A stretch of DNA of 64,000 bases from positions 58,096,001 to 58,160,000 of the forward strand of contig NC_087437.1 in assembly GCF_036321535.1 (NCBI RefSeq). The letters are read 5' to 3'. The stretch's first letter is position 1, and each line of letters starts with the position of its first letter. This document shows, one piece after another, positions 26,132 to 39,294 of the stretch. The notes beneath the pieces were generated by a model. That model did not search any database, had not been told where the DNA came from, and saw only the letters and a program-made list of their open reading frames with translations. Origin of the DNA: Camelus dromedarius. Its lineage: Eukaryota. The translations under genes were made by a program, and so were the position numbers.

Positions 26132-28443
26132 CATAGTTGTGTGCTTTATATATTCTACTTATTACAGTTCCTCTCAGCCATCATGTTTCCATGCCCCAAG
26201 TCCCTCCCTCATTTCAAGGACTAGCTGTTGGTCCAGCAAGCTCACCATTAAATAGCATGGCCTATACCTTACTCCACTACCAGCTTCCCCCATCCCTGCA
26301 TTAAAGCCAATCATCCTTTTGCCTGCGTAAGAATTCATGTTTTCTACTAATGACCTAACTAGCAATGGGTTTGTTCCCCAAACTGATGGTTTTATGACAC
26401 TCAAAACAAAGCGCTTGGCTTTGAAGCTAATGTAATATTTTTAAAAATTAAAATAATTATAGGAATTAGAGGATTTCAGACACTTGCCAAACAAGTCTTT
26501 ACTCAGCTTCATACCACTATGAATTGGGCAGAAGCAAATTATACCTCCCAGTCCCCCTCTGCCCCTCCTACCTTCCACTTTATGAAAGGGAAGCTAAGTA
26601 CCCAAACCAGGAAGTGACATCATCAAGCACCTGGTTTCATAACTCCATAAGGTGTATTACTTTAATTAAATCCATCAAAGAACCTAGTAAAAGGGATGCT
26701 GGAGAGAAATGAGGTTATTGATCAAAAGTATTAAATAAATGGACATCACCAAAGAGTGGACATTCACAAATGTGTGGAACACTCAAGAGGGATCAAAGTT
26801 CAGTTTCCACAGTGGATAACTGAACATTTGTCTTGTGACAATGCTCTTTTATTTCCAAGAGAGGGGAGGATTAGAAAGTGTCTAAAGGTTTAGGATCATA
26901 ATATTACTTTAAGTTTACACAATGCTTTAGATTTATTGTGTACTATCTCATTTTATTGCTAATCTCCACAATCCTGCAAGACAGGCAAACTACAGATTCA
27001 CAGACTGTTGGGTTACATTTTGGAGGGCAGAGTTCAACCCTCCACAGCACGTGAATAGCCTAGGTAGATGTGTGTCTAGGAGGGTGCCTGTGTGCCTTTC
27101 AGAAGGGCAAGTGTGAAGAGAGACACATGGAGCATCTTGGTGAAGATAAATGGTAATCCCACCAACTAACTAATGGTCTTCGTGAAGTAAAATGTCTCCT
27201 CTAAGAATGGGTATTGTAACAAGGTTTAGTTTATGTTTTTCACCCTGACCTCAGGATAAGGTCACATCCCTTCAGAGAGAGAGCAGAGTCTCCCCTAAAA
27301 AGAATGGACATCCTCAGAGACAGTCAGCAGGGCAGAGGCAGGGCCTCAGAAAAGTACAGAAGGCAAATCTGAAGAGGTAAAAAAGAAGAAGTCTTGCTTG
27401 CTTGGGGTTGGAACTGGAAGAGTATGAAAAGTCAAAAGTCACTTCCAGCTGGATCAGGCTCCCAGTGGGGTGTGACGGCAGGGGAAGGCATTGGCTTGTT
27501 CCAGGGCTTGACCACACCACAAAGCGGGGTGGGAAAAACTACTGGTGTAGCTGATCATTAAAGGAGAAAGTGCCATCATGTGGGGAGAGTGTAACAAGTA
27601 CTTTAGCAAGAAATTCCCTGGTGAGTAGGAAGTTTCAGGTGGCATGGGATTAGTGGAGATCCAACGCCTCCACCCTCAGATTCTAAGCCTGCCACTGCTC
27701 TCCTTGGGGATCTTAATCGGAGTTTTCTCAGGTGGGTTCCCTTGTATATTCACTGAGGGATCTTTCAATGATAAACCCATGGAGGGGGACAGTGAATGCC
27801 AGCAATTTCTTCTTAATGTTCTCCGAAGAGGGAGCATTTCCCACAGCAGCAGCCCTTCACAGTGTGTTAAATAGACGAGATAACTAGTTGATTTCATCCA
27901 AATGGAGATCGCAGTCCAGTTTTCAGACCACTCTCTGCACCTGCCTGACTCCTCATTTCCCCAACAACTTTGTCCTTAATAGCTAGTGATTTCTAAGCTC
28001 TCACCAAGTCACAGACAGTATGTCATTCAATCTTCACAATCTCCTTGGAAGGTTGTAGAGTTATTCCCGCTTTCAGAGTAGAAAACTGAATCTACCATGT
28101 AACTTGTCCAAGGCTATATGGTAGTAAGTAGCACCCTGGACTTTCACCAATGTCTACTTCAGTCCAACTTTATAGTCTTGATCATCACATTGGGCTGCCT
28201 TCCTGGTCTCCTCCCAAAGCATGTGACAATATAGTGGGTAGAGCATTGAGTGGGAAGTGAGACATCTGGGTTGGGAGGCCTGATACCTTGGGTCTGTTGT
28301 TTGCCAGCTGTATGACCTTTAGGACCTCTGAGCCCTAGTTTCTTCCTCTGAAAGATTTATGTTATTTTTCCCTCTTAGCTACAAATTTTTTTGGAGGGCA
28401 TGTTAAAAAGATGGAATGTGAATAAAAACTACAAAAATACTTA

Positions 28444-28583
28444 GCAAGCAGGGTACAGCTCAGTGGTAGAGTGCGTGCTTAGCATGCACGAGATCCTAGG
28501 TTCAATCCCTAGTACCTCCATTAAAAAAAAAATTAAATAAATAAACCTAATTACCTCCCCCCACCAAAATAACAAACAAAAAC
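28444..28583 (+). mobile_element. Camelid tRNA-derived SINE (Vic-1-like)
   Basis: cagctcagtggtagag A-box, ggttcaatccc B-box, A-rich linker, cctaattacctcccc, A-rich tail; 19-bp TSD aaaacta(c/t)aaaaatactta at 28425-28443 and 28584-28602. Confidence 0.92.
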
Positions 28584-29455
28584 AAAACTATAAAAATACT
28601 TAAAGATGTAAGGAACTACATCTTAATTTTACATTTTTTTCTAATATTTTTCAGGAATTAATGAGATCCTGGGTTGAAGGAAAGAACTCAACAGAAGGGA
28701 GATATCATTTATTCAGTCAACAAATACTATACACCACAGTCCATCAAGAATAATGAAGAACAGGTATTTAACAGCTTCAGGATAGCTGATCTGTGAAGAA
28801 CTCGATTTCTTTTTTCACGTTTAAAAGAGAAGATCACTTAGATGAGTTACTGGGAAACCCTCTCTGAATTGCTGTCTGAGCTATACCTGTGTTGAAAATG
28901 AAGTAAAGAAAGAGGTCAACTTAATGCTGACCTCCAAGAAGTCTTTGGTCAATTCAGCACTTTGTTCAAGCTGTAAATTTAGTCCCCAAATTGTCTAGTT
29001 AGATAGTTACTCTCCTCTCAAACAGAAAAAAAATGTAGACTGTTCAAAATTTAGAAGTCTGCTTCCCAGAGAAATGCCTTTGTGGAAAAGTAATTCAACA
29101 AGTACCTGATGAGTGCTTTCTGGGTTCTGTAGCATACTAAGGACTGAACTGCTGTGGGGGGTAGGAGTGCGGAAGGTAATGTTGACTGCCGTTGCCTCCA
29201 TGGGAGCTGTGCTAACAAGTGGAAGTTTAGAGGCTGAGACAGGCTGAGACAGAAATGGACTAAAGCTGGATGTCAATATGAGAAATAAGTGCTTGGGCAT
29301 CTAAGGTTTACGTTCTTGGATTAGGAAGGTGAGCCCTTTTTGTGGAAGGTTCTGAAAGTGAATCAGATTTAATTTGGCCTTGTGGGCAATTAAAGAGCCC
29401 ATTAAAGGTTTTAGTATAGCAACAGGATGAAAAGATACGACAAATTCAAACCAAG

Positions 29456-29980
29456 TGTCATAGTTAGGACACTTTTAATTTTGAAGGTTTTATAACCAGA
29501 AATAATTCAAATCAAATTAAGCAGAGAAAATAACAAGTGTAAGTGGAGAAATTTATTGGCTCATATAAGTAGAAAGTTCAAGTAGTGGACTTTGCTTATG
29601 GTTGTTTAGGCATTCAGATAATGCCATCAGCTCTCTGGATTGGCTTCATTCTTATTCTATCTCCATGTAGCATTAAAATGGCTGTCAACAGCTTCAGTTT
29701 ACATGGGCTTTAGAGATTATGGCCCCAGAGAAAAAGCCTCTGGAGAAAAGGCACCAGAGTGAGCTCTCATTGGCTCAGCTTAGGTCATGTGCTCATTTCT
29801 GAAAATTTACTGTGGCCACAGGGATGAAGCTGCTTGATTGGCCAGGACTGGGTCATATTCAAGCCCAGAAGTAGGGAAAGGACTCTAGTCAGTCCTTCTC
29901 CCACCTCCGTTAACTGTATAAATTGAGTACAATATTTACAGAATAAGGGTGGAGCTGTTTCTCAAAGGGAGAGAAACAGG
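29456..29980 (-). mobile_element. Old MaLR LTR (MLT1J/K/L-like)
   Basis: aatttattggctcatataa, ctctcattggctcagcttaggtcatgtgctcatttctgaa, gattggccaggactgggtca motifs. Confidence 0.65.
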
Positions 29981-30134
29981 CACACGCATTACCCAAGCTT
30001 GACTTAACACACTTACAGTCTAAAATAGAACACCTCTCTTTTCTTTAAACTATAGTCTGTTCCTTTCAAAATTACTTTTATTCATTTTACAGGCACTCAA
30101 TGCTGTGAGTCATAGCTTCAATTTTTGAGTACTT

Positions 30135-31390
30135 ACGACAGAAGTTTTCTATTTGCAGATAGGTTGGGTTCTGAAAGTTAGTTGTAAATCCTTTTGTTCA
30201 TAACTGAATCAGAAGGTGTAGCAGAGCTGCATAATTAATCCCCAAAGACTACTTTATAGTGTAGGGTTGTTGCTAGGAAGTGATGCCCAGCCTGGGCTGA
30301 TATTTCCTGCTTCAGCTCCTGTGCATCTGGTATGGGAGGCATCTGGCTAGTTCTTGCCAATGGGAAGCATGAGGAAGTGATGTGTGTCTCTTCTTGTGGG
30401 TGGATGTAGAGAGGTGAGTGTGGCTTTCCCAGAGTCCCTTTCTCTATCTGTTAGGTGAATGGAGAGGCTCCTAGAACTTAAAGGAGAACTTAGTCATGAG
30501 AACAGAGTTCCTGGACCTCTGCACAAGCAAGTCATCCCACAAGCATCACCCATATTGAATTCTTACACGAGTGAGGAATATACCTTTACTGTATTAAGCC
30601 AATGAGAATGAGTATTACCTTAATAAATACAGAGGGGTTTAATCTTATCATTCACATCCTCATTTCCACCACCTAGAATTTAAGTGTGATCTTCAAAGTT
30701 TAAAACAAGTGTTCACTTCTTCTTATAGCTATACCTTAGTCCTCCAACATCTTTTCTAAAAATAACCAATTTATTTCATATGCTGGATATCTGTTGAGTC
30801 AGGCAACCTCCCTGCTTGATAACTCCTCTGAAGTATGGGGAATTCTTTAGTAGTTTCTATGCCTACGCTCACTCTTTCTTTACTGAGGTCCTTCAACCCA
30901 CATACTTCATAGCTTGTGACAAATCTCATCAGCAAGGGTATGCTTCTTTGCCTTTAAACTCTTTAGTGAGCTCATAGCCTTCTCTGTCCTGAATGAACAC
31001 ATCGCTGCTAATATTGCACACTCAAGTGGTACTCAGGTTCATCAGTCACCTTTCTGTTGCTCTTAATGATTATCGCTGATTGCCAAGGCAGAGACAGATC
31101 CTTGCACTTGCTTCTTGAATAGCTCTTTGTCTTCAGAAAATTTCCTGCAGTCTAGTGAATCATGCCACTTAAAATTTTTAATATACCCTACCTTATTTAT
31201 ATAATTATCATGTGCCTTTTCTTATTAGCACTCTCAATACTTTCCTTGCTTTTGCATTTATCAAATATTATGGGTTATTAATCTTTGTAAAACAGCTGGA
31301 AACCTAGACCCATAAAGCAAGTATGTAGCAGAATATGGAAAAAAATGTGTTGACCTCACCACCAACGACAACAACTGATGTCCCCTGTTG
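30135..31390 (-). mobile_element. Probable TcMar-Tigger DNA transposon fossil, interrupted by the LTR at 30260-30631
   Basis: Left end ...ttgcagataggttgggttctgaaagttagttgtaaatc resembles Tigger termini. The minus strand of about 30700-31240 gives degenerate basic/HTH-like peptide fragments (e.g. SANKKRHMII). Highly decayed. Confidence 0.4.
30260..30631 (+). mobile_element. Old MaLR LTR (MLT1I/J-like)
   Basis: TG...CA ends (tgtagg...aataca); ctagttcttgccaatgg...gaggaagtgatgtgtgtc and tattaagccaatgaga motifs. Confidence 0.65.
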
Positions 31391-32175
31391 ATAGTGAGCC
31401 TAGCTTATGTATTTTTACCTTGCTCTTAGTTTTATTACCATGTATGAATGCTCTTTGGTTGTAGAATCTCAGTATGACTTTAACACACACCCAGAAGTAT
31501 TATCTCCTTCAGTTAAATCCTTACATTTTACACATGAAAAAAAGAGAGAGAGAGGTTGAAAGAGGGGAGTAATGGATTTCTGATCACATAATTTAAACTT
31601 CAGTGAATATGAGAAGTAGAATCAGATAATATGTGAAGATTTTCTAGATGTCCATCAGTCTGCCCCATCAACTTGTCATAACTACATTTTATTTTCTCCA
31701 GCCCAGCTTCTTCTCCTAGTCCCCTAAGAAAATACTATGCTTGCCTCACTCACGGGAGAAAGTGTAGAGAGAGATTCACCTGGAGACACATGGGATATGG
31801 TGTGGATTTGTGTTCATTTCATCAGTTCTTAGGCTTTGGGTTATGGGGGAAAATGAGAGAAGCTGAACACATCTATATGAACAAGATCGATTAAAAAGAA
31901 AAGGGGAAAATGTTAGGGTCAGGTGAGATAGAAGGACTCTAAAGAAGCTGAGAATCCAGCACTAATTAGCTGGAAAGAGAGCCATTTCTGAGTTAGAGCC
32001 AATTATTCCTACCACCACTGAATATTCCAAAAACCACCAAATAAATTTTATTGAGCAAAGTGCCACTTTTCAGACTTTTATTTGATATATCCCTAATGTC
32101 AGTGGAAAGAAAAGTTTCATTCCTAGGCCTGGGGATGAAGCCCAAAGAAAAACATTTCTGTTACCTTTAAAAGGT

Positions 32176-32255
32176 ATCAGGTTAAACCATATGCAGTTGC
32201 CATCGTTAGAGGCCAAACATGGTTGAATATTGACAATTGCATAAGGGTCAACTCA
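32176..32255. mobile_element. MADE2-like mariner-derived MITE (about 80 bp)
   Basis: Imperfect inverted arms ggttaaaccatatgcagttgcc / gacaattgcataagggtcaact (16 of 22 positions complementary) around a short spacer. Confidence 0.7.
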
Positions 32256-33408
32256 AAATAAGAACTTTGCTTTCTATTTGCAATATACATGTGTTTATTT
32301 GAATATAAAGACAGGATTTTAAATTCCTTATCTTTGACTAGAGTTTGTGGACAGGGAAGAGCTGGTGATCTGAGTTGCCTCTGGCAGTTTGAAGGTGAAA
32401 GAAAAGCAGCAAACCTCTCAGAGACACCAAACTAGGCAGCTTAAGAACCACCAGGGAGCGGCTGGCTTGATTCCAAATCAAACTTGCTGGTGGGGTTGGC
32501 AGGATGCTAAGAGACCGGGGTATAAGAATGAGCCAAATAAAGTCCCTTCTTACAATATGACCCCCTAATTATTTCATTCCTGTCCCCTTCACAGCACTGA
32601 GTATGCCCTGTGTCAACAATTCCTAAGAAAAGTTTAGAGTTTTCAGAAACAAAAGTTAAACTCATGAGAGCCAGGAACATCTATTTTGTCTTGATTGCTT
32701 CTTCATGTGTGTGAGCGTGCGTGCAAGTGTGGCAGGGGAACTTCCCCACGGGGGATCACACTTTGGATCATGCTTTCCTGGAATAATGAAAGCAAAGGAT
32801 GGAAAGCAAAGAGTTAGAAATCAACACTAGCTCTGGACACTGGCTCTACACACTTTGTAAGATGCTAGAAACTTTCCATCTTTCCCATGTAATTTCTGTT
32901 AGCTAATATCTGTGCTCTATTCTGGTTGATAGTAAAACATTTAAAATTAGAGCTCTGGTGACTTGTCCAAGGGGTAGAGTGGGAAGTGGTGTTGAGCTTT
33001 AGAAAGAGACAGTAGGTTAAGTTCTTTGAGGTCTAAGGCAATGGAGATAAAAAAGACTCTAGGTCTGAGAACTTACTGTTAGAAAGGTGCACGTAACAGG
33101 AAGAGGGTTCCTGAAAAGCCCTAATAGAAGGGCATGAATGCTTCCCCAGATTCTCTGGTCACAAAAGTGAAAGTACGTGGATGTTGCTGGCTGTGTGGGT
33201 GAGAGCCTTGAGGACTAATGAGTCAAACCTATACACAAAAGAGCAGAGCATACTTACACAGACTCTTGCGTCCTATAACCACACACACAGGTGTCCATAA
33301 AAGGGTAGAGAAGGGCAGCCTCATGGAAGGAGAAAAGGAGAATTTGAAGCCCAGCTACTCAGGTCCAAAGCTATGGAATGGGAGGAGTAGGATAGAGAGA
33401 TGTGCTGA

Positions 33409-33687
33409 GATGCTGGGTTGAACAGTGTTCCTTCAAAATTCACCTCCCCCTGGGATCCACGATTGTGGCCTGATTTGGAATAAGGTCTTTGTAGATGTAA
33501 TCAAGCTGAGATGAGGTCACACTGGATTAGGCTGGGCCTTAAATCCAATGACTGGTGCCTTTACAAGGACAAGAGAGATTGGAGACGTGAAAGACAGACA
33601 CACAGAGGCAAGAAGGTCATGTAACCATGAAGGCAGAGATGAAAGTGATGTGGTTGCATGCCAAGCAACACCAAGGACTGTCAGCAA
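33409..33687 (+). mobile_element. MaLR LTR MLT1C-like, 5' part only (duplicate of the 35573 copy)
   Basis: Colinear with 35573-35851; ends abruptly at tcagcaa. Confidence 0.82.
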
Positions 33688-34869
33688 GAAATCAGTCACT
33701 GGTTACCTTCTAAAGCTCCAAAGTAATTCAGAAAGTGGGCTTTTCTATTTCTGAGAGTTATCTCTTCCTTTTTTCCCACTCAAATCTTAAAGAAGGGGAC
33801 GACATCAAGAAAATACTTTACCTACTCCAGGAGTCATATCGGACATTATGTATTCAAGTCCTTCTTTTATTTCCAAATGAGTTCTTCTTGATCTTTGGGT
33901 AAAATCTGATCCTTTTCCTTTAATACGTTTTTCTTGGTCACTGCCAGGACTTTAGGAAGAGCTCTCATTTGATTTTTAAAAGATAGTTAGCAAACTGGGT
34001 ATCTATACAAAAGTAATTTTGTACCTCAGCAAAAGAGTGTAGTCAGCAGATAGTTCACTCTTGTGGCTTTTCATTAGCTAACTCTCCCTCGGGGCAATTT
34101 AGAGGTTAAGGCCCTCCTCATCCACTTTCTCAGCTGCTGTTAGAATTACTGGTTCATTTTACCAGGCAAGGGGGAAACACACTCACACACGCACGACAAC
34201 TCTCACCACTACTAACCCTTGTAATTGAGGATTACACATTTATTAAGTGTCTCATATGTTACTCATTTTAGTATATTATTTAATCCTCTCAACAATCCTA
34301 TGAGTTAGAGCTCATTTCTATGTCAATAGGGAAAAAACCACGAGTTTGGAGACATTAAATAATTTCCCTCAAATCACACAGTTAATAAATGGCAAAGATT
34401 TGTCACAGTCTTTGGGACTCCAAAGTCCATTACTTTTCTGCTCTGGCCTTAAAGCATTCCTCTCCTTTAATCTCACACAGAGGGTTAAAAAATCTCAACC
34501 ATCATTATGGCTCCTGGGATTAAGAGGGTCTAAGAGGAAATGCAAAGAGCAACACATGACCCCACTGCTATCCTGGTTTTCATAATTTTTTTAAATGCAA
34601 TAAAATTGTACCCAGAACCTACTTGTGTGATAGAAACACATTTTATGAATGTTAATGTACTTGGTAATATCAAATGCATAGCACTTCCTTAGTATAAAGA
34701 AGTGAGCTATTTTTATAAACATGAAAATTTGAAATTAAGAGTAAAGATGACATTTGAATTTTTTTTTATCAGTTTGACTGTTAATGAAACACAAAATATT
34801 TGCATGCCCCCTAAAGCACCTTCTGAAAATTATTACTTTAGCACCTTTCCTTCCTCTTTTCAAAATATA

Positions 34870-35572
34870 CTGTCTTCTCATAAGATCCAGACACTGAGGG
34901 AATGAGCAAGGGACCCTGCTCCTAAGAGCTTGTGTTTTAGTCAAAAGAGAAGTAGCACGATCACAAATAATGTGAGGATGAAAATTGTCCAGTGAAGTAC
35001 AAAATATTAGGGGAGTTTGGAGCAGGGGTGACTATTCTGGTTTGGTGTGAGGTGGGGACCTTTGTAGACTTTGAAAAAGAAGCAGCTTTTCGGGAGTGGT
35101 GGAAAAAATACATGCTGTGATCAAGAGAATGGCTTTCAGATGGAGAGAAAGACATGATGAAGGAGGAAAAGGGCAGATGATAGAATTAAAGGCCACTTCC
35201 AGTTTTGCGTGGAGGAGTGCTGTGTTGGTGTGACTGGACAGGAGAGTTGGCATCGGTGGAAAAGTCTGTGAAGGTCCTTCTGAGGAAGTGTGGCTCCTCT
35301 GCTATAGCAATGGAAGCCATCAAAAAGATTTTGAGCAGGGGAATGAAAATAACCAAACTGTCCTTTTTATGAGGTTAGTCTGACAGCAGACTTTGGTGGA
35401 ACACAGATTGAAGGAGGAGAACTAATTGTCAAGGAGAACAATGAGTATGATCATCATGACTCCAGTGAGAAGGATCGTTCTGGAGGAAGGGCTCTTCACG
35501 ATGAGGGCAGAGGGCAGGAGATAAGGTCCAAAGCTATGGGGTGGAAAGAGTAAGGATAGAGAGGTGTTCTGG
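34870..35572 (-). mobile_element. L2 LINE remnant (host of the MLT1C LTR)
   Basis: ccctgctcctaagagctt, gcaatggaagccatc...gattttgagcaggggaatga motifs. Confidence 0.6.
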
Positions 35573-36030
35573 GGTGCTGGGTTGAACAGTGGTCCTCCAA
35601 AATTCACCTCCCTCTGGGATCCATGATTGTGGCCTGATTTGGAATAAGATCTTTGTAGATGTGATCAAGTTATGATGAGGTCATAATGGATTAGATTGTC
35701 CCCTAAATACAATGACTGGTGCCCTTATAAGGACAAGAGTGATTTGGAGACATGAAATGACAGACACAGAGGGAGGAAGGCCATGTAATGATGAAAGTAG
35801 AGATTAAAGTGATGTGGTTGCATGCCACGGAACACCAAGGATTGTCAGCAACTTTCAGTAACAAGGAAGAGGCAAGGAATGATCCTTGCTTAGAGCTTTC
35901 AGAGAGCATAGCCCTGTGGACACCTTGATTTTGGACTTCTAGCCCCAGAATCATAAGAGAATACATTTCTGTTGTTTTAAGCCACCAAGTGTGTGTTAGT
36001 TTATTATAGTAGCTCTAGGAAACGAATCCA
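35573..36030 (+). mobile_element. MaLR solo LTR, MLT1C-like, full length
   Basis: Recognisable MLT1 motifs (tgggttgaa..., ggtcataatggattag, gacaccttgattttggacttctagccccagaa, ttctgttgttttaagccacc, ctaggaaacgaatcca); degenerate 5-bp TSD tctgg / cctgg. Confidence 0.85.
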
Positions 36031-37846
36031 CCTGGCAAACCTTAGAGAGGATGACACCCTCAGGGTCAAGGAGAGATTTATAAGAATTCAGTATAAACAG
36101 AGAGAGAGCACCTTTCTATGCCAAATTCCATAGTGGGCCTTTGTCAGGGGCACAGAGGTAAATGAGGCATTGCCTCTAACTCAAGAATCTTACATACTAA
36201 TTAGTGGAAACCATGAATAATCAATGAAAGAGACTGTAATCATGGGAACAGATGAAGAAATTGACCTTCAAAGGACAGAAGGTATGTACTAAAATCCACA
36301 GGGCTATAAAGTGCCAGAACTGGGCTTGAACCCATCTCTCCTGCCTTCTGGTCTCGTTCTGAAGACAGATTTTCACGGGAGAGAAAAGTGAACGGGAGAG
36401 CACTGTGGAATGGAGGAAGAGGCTTAGAAAAAAAGAGGCTAGGGCATTCCAAGAACCAGCCTCTGCCTTTTTTTTTTTTTTAAACTCTGTTCCAAGATAG
36501 AAACATGATGATTTGCAGGGAGATTCTCAATGCCCCAGGCCCCTAACTTCCCTAGTGTCTGAGAATGCTGTCCTATTTTATCTAAATCTCCAAAGACTGA
36601 CAATGATGACTTCATTATTTTGACCATTTTAATCTCAGCTGCTAAAAGAATAAAACTTGGAATAAGTAGGTCACCACAAATTCAGAACAAATGTGTCAAG
36701 AAGCTCTAGGCTTAGAGAAAAACTAGAAGGGCGAGCCAATGGAGATAGATAACTTTGGGAAAAGCATTAGATACATGTTCTCATCATACAATAATATTAC
36801 AAACTGGATTTGGGAGGGAAAAAACCACCATGCTGGTCATTTAAGTTCATCTCTCAAAGGACTAAAATAAGAACCATTCAGAAAGAAGAGATCTGGGTGA
36901 CCAAGGCATGTCTTAGTGTCTCTGGTCAAGGAACACGCTTCCTGGTGTGTACACTCATAGACATGCTGAAGATGGAATTACTTTCACTTATTTATTTAAA
37001 GAATTGAGGTAGAGCTTCAGAAGGTGCTGTCTCACTTAATTCTCAACCTTAGAGATCTCACTCAACCTTTTCATTTGAAAGATTATGTAGCTGATTCCCC
37101 CAGAGAGGGGAAATGACTTGCTCAAGGTAAACTAACACCAGAGGAAATCACATGAAAAACACTTGGAGAGATGTTTGGCTTACTCACGAAAGAAATAGAA
37201 AACAAAGCAATCTCGTGACATTATTTCATATCTCCCGAGTCATCCAAAATTAAATATTTTACATATATAATTTTATTTTTTTCTCCCAATGATGATCAGG
37301 TAAGGAAAGAGACACAGTCATACAAGATATAGCAAATACATTAAATTAGGAAGAGTCTTTTCAAAGACAATCTGCAAATTTAAACCATGAGTCATAAAGA
37401 CGGTCCTCCCCCTGTGACTCAATAGTCTAATTTCTGAATTTATATTCTAAGGACTTGTAAATTTTAAAAAAAGAATATATTTGTTCAAAGACTTTTTAGA
37501 AGAGTGTGATTCAGAGTTTGAGACTTCTAAGGTCATGTAGTCTGAGCTCTTTCAAAATCACACGAGCAAAGGGAGACCGGTAGAGAAATGATTTTCCAAG
37601 GTTCTGAGCCAGGGTCAGAATCTAAGGTTCCTGTCCAAAAAGCTTTCTATTATGCTCTGAAGCATTTCAGTGAAAAGTGAAATACAACCCAGATCTCCTC
37701 AAATCAAAGAGCTAGTTAAGCATATTGTTAAAAGAGCCTGGTTTTCTGGGTTCAAATCTTGGCTCCAGCAGTTACTGGCTGAGTGGTTTAGGGCAGGAAC
37801 TTAATCTCGGTTCCATCAGCCAAACCAGTGCAATAAGAGAATCTCT

Positions 37847-38339
37847 TGTGTATTCCTCGTTGCTGCCACAGCGGGTTTATGTGGGCTCTGACTGACTCCG
37901 TGACTTTGTGCAGGCAAACGACAGAGCGCCTAGCCTTGAGCCCTCATGCCTGCCTCTTGTCACCTATCCTGAGGCTTCCCTGCTGAGACTCAGGTGTGAT
38001 ATGTGCCAACCCAGAAGTGTGCGTGGATAAAGTCTCATGGGGCAGCTAGGACCTGTGCATAAACAGTTTCTCCTTTCTCCCCTTGTACGACTACCTGAGA
38101 CACAGTTGATGCAGCTTTTTGCAGGGTGGTCTCATGGGAGGACAGCCTTGTGAGATGGAGCAATCCATCACTTATGATGGTAACCAGCTTGGTAACGCAC
38201 CTTCAGATTGACTCTTCCCCCTTCTGTGCCTCATTTCACTTCCCCCGCACCCCTGCTCCCTTGGGATTACACCTTGAATAAAGTAGTCCATGGAACCCTT
38301 GGCTTCAGGCTCTCTTTCTTTTGAAGCCAGACTAAGACA
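37847..38339 (+). mobile_element. ERVL solo LTR, LTR16 family, inserted into a MIR
   Basis: TG...CA ends; 3' part cctgctcccttgggattacaccttgaataaag...caggctctctttc...gactaagaca is typical of LTR16; MIR halves at about 37730-37845 and 38340-38450. Confidence 0.7.
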
Positions 38340-39294
38340 GATGGTACCCACTTTGGCGGATTATAGGGAAGAAACATTAAGTGAGTAAAAACAGGTGAAG
38401 TGCTTAGAACCGTGCCTGACATAAAGTAATTTGTGAGTAGGAGCTATTTTTATCTACTGTATCACTGTGCAGTGCTGCAAAATCACAAGTATTTAGATTG
38501 TGTTGCTACATGGAGAAATGTATGTGAAATAATGTTAAGCGGAAACCAGAGCACTGGGAAGCAAGCATCATATGGATTATAACTCCATAAAAATTATATT
38601 TACACCCTGATGATAGAAGAGATGACACAGTTGTGGAATTGTGATTCTACATTGGGGAAGAGGTGCTGTGTTTATGTTTCCCCAGAGGTGGTTACTTATC
38701 CAAAGTGGAGTTTAAATAAACAGAATGGATACAGTCTCCTGGAGACTCTACACACACCTCTGCTCAGAAATTCAATCCGGGGCTTGTAACTTCTCATAGT
38801 TGGAAAATCCTTCCATGCAGAACTTTTATTTTTTATAGTGCAGTCTTAGCCAATTTCCTTTAATTTGCTGTTTATGAAGATTGGAAACCACAAGGTGGTA
38901 GCTGTGATGAAACAACTTGTTCTACAGAGAGCGAACAGGGCTCTCTGTTTCTACTTCTTATGGGGCTGTGATGCGGCAGGCGCCTGTCCCTGACTCAGGG
39001 CCCAACCTCCTCTGCATTGGGTCCTCAGCACATCATCAGCTCAGCAAGAGACTGAGAATGACTTCTCCCCTCTCCTCCCAATCCAGTTGGAGTCTAGGCT
39101 AGGAAGAGGTGATGTGCAAATTATGAGGACTGAAGCCCTGGACTTGGCTTCTTAAGAATCTCACTTACCTCACCTGTGCGCAGAGAACAGCTTAATGTGA
39201 GCAAGGGACTTGTTTCCACGGGGATAGGAATTGGGGAGATTCATTTTATTCCCTCTCCCCATTTGTTCGTCTGGGAGCCCGTGGCCTTTGGCCA

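Noticed and set aside
28449..28520. tRNA gene-like sequence (also at about 26060-26125, 41545-41605 and 58135-58195)
   Set aside because: These are SINE heads with A-rich tails and TSDs; no intact cloverleaf or acceptor stem.
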